From contig CAYNPN010000004.1 of the NCBI GenBank assembly GCA_964399085.1, positions 15,680 to 79,679 of the forward strand: a stretch of 64,000 nt of DNA. The letters run 5' to 3'. The notes beneath the pieces are model-generated. The model saw only the letters and a list, made by a program, of their open reading frames with translations. It had not been told where the DNA came from and did no database searches. The position numbers and the translations under genes were made by a program. This document shows positions 9,160 through 16,607 of the stretch, in pieces. Each line of letters opens with the position of its first letter. Position 1 is the first letter of the stretch. The DNA is from Candidatus Hadarchaeota archaeon. Its GTDB lineage: Archaea; Hadarchaeota; Hadarchaeia; Hadarchaeales; JAGGTB01.

Positions 9160-10077
9160 CTAATCGGAGAGCTCCAACATCCTTTCCGTGGCCTTTTTCG
9201 CCCCCACGGCGATATCCGAGGGGACCTCCACCTCGAATTTTTCGTCTCGTAGGGATTCGTACACCCTCCTGAGGTCGTGCTTTTTCATTTCCTCGCACAC
9301 GGCTTCCTCGAGGAGCGGCAAGAATTCCTTCTCCGGAATTTCCCTCCTTAGCCTATGTACCAAACCTACCTCCGTCCCGATGATAAATTTCCCCGAGCCC
9401 GATTCCTTGGCCCGATCGAGCATCTGACTCGTGCTGCAGATATGATCGGCCAGCTTCTGGACTTCGGGATCCGATTCCGGATGAATCAAAACTTCGGCGC
9501 CCGGATTTTCTTCCTTGAGCGATTCCACATGTTCGGGTTTAAACTTTCTGTGCACGTAGCAGTGCCCCTCCTCGGGAATGACTACTATTTCCTTGTCGGT
9601 GTTCTGCTCCACGTGCCATGCCAGGTTCTGGTCCGGGCCGAACAGGATCTTGTCTTCCTCGAGCGAGTTCACGATCTGAACGGAATTTGCCGAGGTGCAG
9701 GTTACATCGGCCTCGGCCCTGGCCTCGGCCAAGGTGTTAACATAAAGCACGACCGCAGCGTCCGGATGCTCCTCCTTCATCTTCTTCACCTTTTCCACGG
9801 GTAGCATGGAGGCCATCTTGCATCGGGCATCCTTGTCAGGTATCAGAACCTTTTTGTCAGGATTTAATATCGAGGCAGTCTCCGCCATGAAATCGACCCC
9901 TGCGAATACCACGATGTCGGCGTCCGTCTCGGATGACTCTCTGGCCAGCCCCAGGGAATCGCCCAGATAGTCGGCGGCGAGTTGAACGGGTTCTATCTGG
10001 TAGTTGTGGGCCAAAAGCACTCCATTTTTCTCCTTCTTTAGCTCGGATATCTTTTCGGTCAGTTTATCTTGGTTCAA
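9160..10077 (-). CDS. nadA: Quinolinate synthase
   Basis: LAHNYQ, GDSLGL, VLYVNT, CTSAN, HPE, GTE motifs and three Fe-S Cys. Confidence 0.95.
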   Translation of the reverse strand: MNQDKLTEKISELKKEKNGVLLAHNYQIEPVQLAADYLGDSLGLARESSETDADIVVFAGVDFMAETASILNPDKKVLIPDKDARCKMASMLPVEKVKKMKEEHPDAAVVLYVNTLAEARAEADVTCTSANSVQIVNSLEEDKILFGPDQNLAWHVEQNTDKEIVVIPEEGHCYVHRKFKPEHVESLKEENPGAEVLIHPESDPEVQKLADHICSTSQMLDRAKESGSGKFIIGTEVGLVHRLRREIPEKEFLPLLEEAVCEEMKKHDLRRVYESLRDEKFEVEVPSDIAVGAKKATERMLELSD

Positions 10078-10160
10078 CCGAATTCCTCAACGGTTTTTAG
10101 AGATTACATTTATTAATCGTTTCGAACTACTCGTATACTTTTACCATTCAAATTTCGAAA

Positions 10161-11003
10161 TTAGGCCCCAATCTGGATCGATTCGGTAATATTTCTAAGT
10201 GTTCTGATCGCCGAAAGGGCTGCCAGATAGCTGGTCTTGGGGTTTTCGGGGGATGGGAAGTTATGAGCCGTCGTCTTCAATTCTCCGGCTTCTCCCCTCA
10301 CTTCGATTTCGTGGACATTCTGACCCAAGGATGGATCGGCTATTATCTTGACCTTCGTCTTTTCGAATCCCGCCCCCGCGATGCTCAACGAGGCCGCAAC
10401 GTTCAGGCTTTTTGGGAAGGCTTTAACCGCTTCACTTGCCGCCCCTTCGAAGACGACCTTGGGTTCCTCCAGATCCGACAGGCCGATTTCCTCCTCCCTC
10501 ACGAATTTTGCCTTGGAGAGAGTTTCGGGAGGTTTTCTGGTAGTTATGGAAGCCTCATCCAGACTTGCGATTCCGGCGGCCTGAACCCCGTCGAGACCGA
10601 GAATTGCTCCCGACGGAAGATAGACTTTACATCCCTTTTCTTCGGCCTTTTCTTGGACACTTTTGAAGAGGTCTTCGTCGGAAAAGGCGCCTATGCTCAA
10701 AACCAGCAAATCCTTCCCCGATTTCAGAATGTCAAGCGCGTATTCGGCGACAGCCTGCTGTGAGGCCGCCTCCACCACCAAATCTATTTCATCGTCTTCT
10801 AGAATATCCCTCGTTTCCCCGGCAATTTTCGGCTGGATTTTCAAACCTTCGGCGAGTTCCTCGCACCGACTTCGGTCGTTATCGAAGACCGCCTCCAATC
10901 TTGTTTTTCCGGCCCGACCCGAATCTATTGAATTAGCTATGATATTACCTATAGCTCCACAACCTAGGATCGCGACTCTACACGAGGACATAAATAACAC
11001 CAA
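10161..11003 (-). CDS. nadX: L-aspartate dehydrogenase
   Basis: GCGAIG Rossmann, VVEAASQ, PSGAILGLD, NVHEI, NPKTSYLA; next to nadA/nadC. Confidence 0.92.
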   Translation of the reverse strand: MVLFMSSCRVAILGCGAIGNIIANSIDSGRAGKTRLEAVFDNDRSRCEELAEGLKIQPKIAGETRDILEDDEIDLVVEAASQQAVAEYALDILKSGKDLLVLSIGAFSDEDLFKSVQEKAEEKGCKVYLPSGAILGLDGVQAAGIASLDEASITTRKPPETLSKAKFVREEEIGLSDLEEPKVVFEGAASEAVKAFPKSLNVAASLSIAGAGFEKTKVKIIADPSLGQNVHEIEVRGEAGELKTTAHNFPSPENPKTSYLAALSAIRTLRNITESIQIGA

Positions 11004-11179
11004 TAGTCTTGTCCTTAAGTTCTCTGCGAACCTTAAAGTTCTACTGAATGGTGGGTCTTGCCAAAGAGGTCAGGAGAGTAATTTTGGAATAAACCCTTTT
11101 CTCGGAATAGAATCCCCCGTTCCGGACCCGAACCTTTTATTAAGCCCGAACCTACCAAGGGTAGGGAAGGGGGATTGAT

Positions 11180-11434
11180 TTGAACTGGAGTAAAAGTGAA
11201 GTAAGCTCGATAAAAATAGAACTCTCCAGAGGTCATTATAAGATGATAGAGAGGCTCAGCAATAGGATTGGAGTGGACAAGGAGAGTATCAGAGAAAAGA
11301 TAGAGGAAATTAAGCTTAAGGAGAGAATTAAGAGACTTGCGAGAGGGGCAAAAAGGAACCTCAAAAAACATCGGGGAAGAAGAATCAGAGAACGAGCATC
11401 GGATATCAAGGAACTATTGCACTATCGATCGTAA
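11180..11434 (+). CDS. Small basic hypothetical protein
   Basis: 84-aa ORF with GGGGGA RBS before TTG; no recognised family. Confidence 0.45.
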   Translation: MNWSKSEVSSIKIELSRGHYKMIERLSNRIGVDKESIREKIEEIKLKERIKRLARGAKRNLKKHRGRRIRERASDIKELLHYRS

Positions 11435-11532
11435 CTTTTTATTATTTAAACTAGCAGAAAGCGAAATTCCGCCGAAAATGCGATTGAAGGGTAGTTGATT
11501 CTCTTATTCAATTCTTTTTGTAGAATGGTTGT

Positions 11533-11576
11533 GGTGGGGCCGCCCGGATTTGAACCGGGGTCACTGGCTCCCAAAG
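11533..11576 (-). repeat. att site: duplicated 3' half of tRNA-Pro
   Basis: GGTGGGGCCGCCCGGATTTGAACCGGGGTCACTGGC(T/A)CCCAAAG also at 16058-16101. Confidence 0.92.
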
Positions 11577-12403
11577 AACTTTTTTCGGAAAAAGTTCGCA
11601 AAAAAGCATACTTTCCAATTTCAGGTATTTTGGACGTAGATTTAGGATTGAAGGAGAAAAATATATATGCATATGATAAACGTCAAAAAATTCTTGGAAA
11701 ATGTCGAGATTAATGAGATTAGCAAAGGTAAGGCACGAAAATACCTGAAGGATAGAAAGAAGATTCTCTCAATACTTATGCCAATAGACTCAAGACCCTG
11801 AGGAGGTTCTTCAGGGATTATCTCGGAGCTTCGGAATTGATAGAGAGTTTTAAGTTCCCACATATCCCCAGGAAGAACTACACAGTCCCAAGCAAGGAAA
11901 AGCTCAAGAAGTTTTACGATGAAATCTTAACCCAAAAGTACCGAGCAATGTTCTTGATTTTCGCAACCCCAGGGCTCAGGACCTCGGAGGTATTGAACTT
12001 GGAGATGGATAACTTGGACCTTGAAAAGAGAATGATTATTCCGAATCACGACAGCCGGACCAAACAAAGCTACGTTTCCTTCTACAATGCTGAAGCCGAA
12101 AGGGAACTCAAAAAATACCTACCAAGACGAGACGGGAACGATGAGACCGTCTTTCAAGTCTCGAAGAGCAACGCCCTAAAATCGTTTAGGAAAACTTCGG
12201 ACAGGTCCGTGATTAAGATAACTCCAAAAGACTTGAGTAAATGGTTCTGCAGCGAAATGGGAAAGTTGGGTGTAGGGGACCGATACGTGGACGCATACTG
12301 TGGAAGAGTTCCCCAGTCAGTTCTCGGAAAGCATTATACCGATTTCCCTCCTGAAAGACTCAAAGAAGTCTACGAGAAAGCGGATTTGAAAGTCTTGAAA
12401 TGA
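11534..12403 (+). pseudogene. Tyrosine integrase C-terminal part (IntC), frameshifted
   Basis: Begins VGPPGFEPGSLAPK in att; about two frameshifts (11650-11770). GLRTSE and KHY present, but PKDLSKW has Ser where the second catalytic Arg is expected. Confidence 0.85.
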
Positions 12404-12642
12404 TTCCTTGTGAATTGGGGACTACATTAGCTAGCTTACTTCCGATTACCAAACCACAAGCTTCACCAGTTTCGAGTGATAAAAGTTAATTGAAAATAGG
12501 AGAATAGGTGTGATGATGGGAATGGAGAAAGAAGTCAAGGTGTCGGAGGATTTGAAAGATCCTGAGTTCAAACCTTCGGACTGCAAGTCCACCAAACACA
12601 ATGTTGGAACTCTCGAGGAGAATATAGACGAAGTCGGAGATA

Positions 12643-12788
12643 TTAACCCTTAATCTTGCTCAATCCGGTTTTTTCCGAGTAAGATAGGCTAATTAGAAAG
12701 CCAATACCGAAAAATTGAGCTAGTCCAAGTGCTCTGCCCACTTCACCCTTTGCAGAACCCTTTCGTAGACGACCTCAACGGAGGCTTG
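12643..12788. repeat. Degenerate repeat, copy 1 of 3
   Basis: CCGAGTAAG-ATAGGC core at 12675; 31-nt block 12758-12788 is 30/31 identical to 13957-13987. Confidence 0.75.
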
Positions 12789-13501
12789 ATGTTCTAGTAT
12801 TTCCCGCTCGATCTAGAACTCTTCGAAAGGTTGCCTTGGCTCAGAGAAGAGTTCTTCCATCTCTTACGTTTTGCTAATTTTATCCATTATCCTGTTGGGG
12901 GGAGTTTCTTTATAAAGAGAAAATTAGAACTCGTCAAGCTTTTGCTGAGCTTCCTCGTAAGGATTAATTAAAATCAAGACCATAATTAGATAGAATCAAT
13001 TAAGTTGGGAAAATTCAGGAGGGTAGAGAAACAAAAATTCTCCTTTTCCAATTCGAATGTCAATACTATTACAAGAGTGCTTATTTACTAGCCTCCTTCA
13101 TTTTAACTAAGATAGGAGATGAGAAAAAATCATATTTGGAGACGAGAGTATTGAAGACAGGCTTGGGGATATAGAAATTAATGCGTCTGATGAGAAGATG
13201 ACCGCCCTTGAATTGCTCGAAAACCTTGAAGACGAAGAAATTCGGAAGATACTCAGCGATGCCTTAAAAATATGGAGACAAGGGAACGAGAAAAAGACAG
13301 GTTGAGAGAACAAATGTCTAACAAAAACCAGAACATTCGTCCTTTTGTTCAATGAATAAATCTTTCTTCCAACTGGGCCGATATGCTCTTCACCGTGCTA
13401 TCCTCTTCCGGCGGTCCGGCTTCCAAACAGATAACTTTTTTCTAGAGAACGTTGATGTTTTTCTAGGAAGGAAGTGTAAATAATCAAAGTGGAGAGATAA
13501 T

Positions 13502-13771
13502 TTGAGTTATAAATTACCCGGGGCGTTGGTACTTATTAAAAACGAGCCTGGAAAAGGATTGGATGTTTTCAAAAGTATAGGGGATATTGAGAGTGTTGAA
13601 GAGGTGCAAGTGATAACAGGGGACTACGACATAATGGCAATATTGAGATGTGAAGACCTATATGATAGTTTAGGATCGATAATTAGAGAAATTAGAAATA
13701 TAGACGGAGTCACATATACAAAATCCCATAATTTTGTTTCCCTCCGAAAAATCAGAAGAGAGCATCTCTGA
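13502..13771 (+). CDS. Lrp/AsnC ligand-binding (RAM) domain protein without HTH
   Basis: ITGDYDI, IRNIDGV motifs. Confidence 0.8.
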   Translation: MSYKLPGALVLIKNEPGKGLDVFKSIGDIESVEEVQVITGDYDIMAILRCEDLYDSLGSIIREIRNIDGVTYTKSHNFVSLRKIRREHL

Positions 13772-13800
13772 ATTGGAAACTACATAGGACCAGTCAAATA

Positions 13801-13987
13801 ACCCCGATTAGACACTTTCACTTAAAAACCTACTTATAAGTAAAACCCCTAACTCTTGCTAGATTGAGTTTTTCTCCGAGTAAGGTAAGCCAGCTAGAAA
13901 AGCTACTAAAGTTTGATCTAATTCAAACTCTCAGTCCACTCTACACTCTGAAGTACCCCTTTCGTAGACGATCTCAACGGAGGCTTG
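13801..13987. repeat. Degenerate repeat, copy 2 of 3
   Basis: CCCCGATTAGAC at 13802, CCGAGTAAGGTAAGCCA at 13876, CCCTTTCGTAGACGATCTCAACGGAGGCTTG at 13957. Confidence 0.75.
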
Positions 13988-14032
13988 CTGGCTAGGGCAT
14001 ATATATTTCTTGGATCTGAACAGGAATGGTAG

Positions 14033-14083
14033 TGCGAAGGGAGCGATTTGAGCCCTCGAACCTCTACAAGATAGCACCTTGAA
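14033..14083 (-). pseudogene. Degenerate 3' half of a tRNA-Leu(CAA)-like gene (probable att relic)
   Basis: Minus strand TTCAAGGTGCTATCTTGTAGAGGTTCGAGGGCTCAAATCGCTCCCTTCGCA: anticodon loop, long variable arm, damaged T arm; no 5' half. Confidence 0.6.
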
Positions 14084-14138
14084 CGAGGGCTTACAGAGAA
14101 AAATTCAAAACTGCTTTTCCTTAATTTATTAAACTGAG

Positions 14139-14744
14139 ATGTATATGCAAGAAAAATATCTAAGCCCTACACAGGTAATTGATTGTGACTCAAAAAGTGT
14201 TAGAAAAAAAGCTAATGACCTTACGAAACAAATCGAAGATCCCTTAGAGATGGCAATAGAACTTTTCTATTTTGTGAGAGACGAAATAAAGTATAATCTT
14301 TATGTTCCCTCTGATACCTTAGAGGTTCACAAAGCAAGCAGAACCTTGGAGAGAGGAAAAGGATACTGTGTTCAAAAAGCTATTCTGCTCGCAGCTCTAT
14401 CAAGAGCTGTTGACATTCCAGCCCGTCTGAGATTCGCTGCTATTCGTAACCATATCCTGCCAGAAAAATTGAAGAAACGGATAGGAACAAACCTCTTTCC
14501 ATACCATGGATATGACGAACTATACTTACAAGATAAATGGGTTCAAGCCACCCCTGCCTTTGACCTCGAAATGTGTGAGGAAAACCAGATAAAACCAGTA
14601 GAATTTGATGGAAAAAATCATGCTAAATTTCATTCACAAAACAAAAACGGAGAACTGCATATAGAATATGTCCAAGACCATGGAACTTACGCCGACCTAC
14701 CGTTCGAAAAAATGATGGAAGCACGAAAAGAAATTCTACTGTGA
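14139..14744 (+). CDS. Transglutaminase-like family protein
   Basis: FYFVRDEIKY, GYCVQKA (Cys), PYHGY (His), WVQATPAFD. Confidence 0.88.
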   Translation: MYMQEKYLSPTQVIDCDSKSVRKKANDLTKQIEDPLEMAIELFYFVRDEIKYNLYVPSDTLEVHKASRTLERGKGYCVQKAILLAALSRAVDIPARLRFAAIRNHILPEKLKKRIGTNLFPYHGYDELYLQDKWVQATPAFDLEMCEENQIKPVEFDGKNHAKFHSQNKNGELHIEYVQDHGTYADLPFEKMMEARKEILL

Positions 14745-14912
14745 AGATAGTGTAAAACGAATAGATCAATGGAAGAATACGAATCTTCAGGGAGAGAAGC
14801 ACTAATTAAATGACTGTAACTTTTGACCTAATCTTTTAAATGCCAATTGGATACTACTAGCTTGTGGAAATTTTATTACAAAGTAGGCCACCGGCCAAGG
14901 ACCGCCAAAATT

Positions 14913-15055
14913 CCCCGATTAGACCTTGTTCACTTATAAATAAGCCCCCTATCCTTTGCTCGATTGCGATTTTTTTCCCGAGTAAGGTAAGCCAATCAAG
15001 GGGAGCTAATACAAAAAAATTAGGCTAATCCAGATGCTCGGCCCCTCTATCCCCT
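14913..15055. repeat. Degenerate repeat, copy 3 of 3
   Basis: CCCCGATTAGAC at 14913, CCGAGTAAGGTAAGCCA at 14978. Confidence 0.7.
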
Positions 15056-15160
15056 TCGGTGAGTCCCTCGGGGGATGCACAATACGGTTCAACAAGATGA
15101 AGTAGAAATCTAACAGGTTTTCTTAACGTAAAAGCGAGTTTGAAAAATTTGAATCAATCT

Positions 15161-15475
15161 TCATGCTTTCTTTAACCTCACATCGAACCTAGCTCCACCA
15201 GATTCGGAATCCTTAACCTCTATTTTACCACCATAACTCTCTACGATCCTTTTTACGAGATACAGCCCCAATCCGAAACCGGATTCATCACCTTCCTTGA
15301 ACCCCCTATCAAGTATCTTCTCCTTCCTCTCATCGGGAATCCCCTTGCCATCGTCAACTACGCTAATGACACACTTTCCACCTTCATCCCCCGTCATTAT
15401 TTGAATTCTGTCACACTCGGAATTTCTGGTAGAATTTTCTATTAAATTCGAAAAAAGTTCCTCAAGCGAAAGCAT
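15161..15475 (-). pseudogene. Histidine kinase HATPase_c C-terminal fragment
   Basis: NLIEN, DDGKGI, GFGLGL, GGARF boxes; no HisKA or sensor domain upstream. Confidence 0.75.
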
Positions 15476-15495
15476 TTCTAGCTTTAATCCAAATG

Positions 15496-15801
15496 GGCAC
15501 AAGCAAGGCAACAGACATTAGCGATCGTTCGGGAGTGCCACAAGCGAGGATTTACGACATCTTGAATTAGTTGGAGAAAAAGAGATGGATTAAAATGATT
15601 CTAGGCCGACCTAAGGGCTACGAGGCTAAGAAGCCGAAAGAGATCATGGAAAAGAAACTTAGAGAGTTCGAAGAGCTTAGGGAAGAGATACAATCAAAGT
15701 TGGAATCTCTTTATGAAACTGGTTGGGAATTGAAGGGGGATTTTCAAAAAACCCAAATTTCCGGCTTTCGATGGGAGGTCCAGAATGTGGAGAAGTCCTA
15801 G
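15496..15801 (+). pseudogene. TrmB-family transcriptional regulator fragment
   Basis: GTSKATDISDRSGVPQARIYDILN*LEKKRWI..GRPKGYEAKKP; in-frame TAG, N-terminus missing. Confidence 0.7.
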
Positions 15802-15878
15802 AAGCGGCTTCACGGGATGGGCTATTAGAAAAGGCCGAAAAACATGGAAATATCCAACACCGCTAGGAGTGTACACAC

Positions 15879-16101
15879 ATGTGCGCACAGAGAGATAAGG
15901 AGAGGGTAAACGTGAACCTCTCGAAAGGGCTTAAGGAGAAAGCCAAAGCCGAAGGCATCAACCTCTCAAAGACCCTGGAAAAATCGTTAAAAGCTAAATT
16001 AGACCCGGAAAACGCCTCTAGCTTTTCCCGACTTTTTGCGTCTGAAAAGTCGAAAGAGGTGGGGCCGCCCGGATTTGAACCGGGGTCACTGGCACCCAAA
16101 G
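15879..16101 (+). pseudogene. Integrase N-terminal part (IntN) with RHH/CcdA-like domain, read antisense through tRNA-Pro
   Basis: VNVNLSKGLKEKAKAEGINLSKTLEKSL then VGPPGFEPGSLAPK, the same att reading frame as IntC. Confidence 0.75.
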
Positions 16102-16134
16102 CCAGAAGGCTAGGCCTGCCTACCCCACGGCCCC
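16060..16134 (-). tRNA. tRNA-Pro(TGG)
   Basis: GGGGCCG/CGGCCCC acceptor, CTGGC-TTTGGGT-GCCAG anticodon arm, CCCGG-TTCAAAT-CCGGG T arm. Confidence 0.95.
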
Positions 16135-16212
16135 TTACCAACAAACAATACTTACCTCTAACTCAAAAGCTGTTCGGAATGGTGAGCTGAAAGAGAAGCA
16201 GAATTTAAACTC

Positions 16213-16524
16213 TTAGGGAGTTCTCCGGACCTTGACTAGGTCCCCCGATTGGTCTTCCTCTTCGAAACCATGTCGTTGATACCAGTTTACCCTGGCGTCG
16301 AATATCCAGGCGACGATTTCCGAATTATCATAGTCGGCCAAAATCTGGTTTAGGAGCTTGGATCCGATCCCCCTATCCCGACGGTTGCGCTGTACGTTGA
16401 TGTTTTCGAGCAGAATGGGCCGGGAGGAATCTTCCAAGGTAGCCCCGCCGATGATCCTGCTCTCGTAATCGTTCCAGACCTTGTATTTGCATTTGTCCTC
16501 GAGATTTTCCCTGTTTATTTTCAT
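16213..16524 (-). CDS. GNAT family N-acetyltransferase
   Basis: RRDRGIGSKLL motif A; WYQRHGF. Confidence 0.82.
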   Translation of the reverse strand: MKINRENLEDKCKYKVWNDYESRIIGGATLEDSSRPILLENINVQRNRRDRGIGSKLLNQILADYDNSEIVAWIFDARVNWYQRHGFEEEDQSGDLVKVRRTP

Positions 16525-16607
16525 GGAAACCTTTGAGAAAGTAATTAGTGCCCTTTAAAAGTTTGAGGGATTCGATCCACCGGAAGATGTAAAGCAGGCC
16601 GGGATTT

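Larger units (their letters stand above)
11533..16101. mobile_element. Decayed integrative element (about 4.6 kb) inserted in tRNA-Pro
   Basis: 44-bp direct repeat (43/44 identical) of the tRNA-Pro 3' half at 11533-11576 and 16058-16101; integrase fragments at both ends. Confidence 0.88.

Noticed and set aside
13119..13305. Acidic ORF of about 60 aa (IIFGDESIEDRLGD...) and a 46-aa ORF near 12513-12653
   Set aside because: The first needs a frameshift in an A6 run after its ATG; neither has a recognisable family. Too weak to call.
12643..15055. Repeats as a CRISPR array or classical integron attC sites
   Set aside because: kb-scale spacing, degenerate copies and no cas genes; no clear RYYYAAC/GTTRRRY ends; the integrase is not recognisably IntI.
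15568..15570. In-frame TAG in the TrmB fragment as possible pyrrolysine
   Set aside because: The gene is also truncated and lies in a decayed element; no pyl genes in the window; TAG terminates normal genes here.
15863..16144. 93-aa minus ORF across tRNA-Pro
   Set aside because: Translation of the tRNA sense strand; the + strand IntN explains the coding signal.
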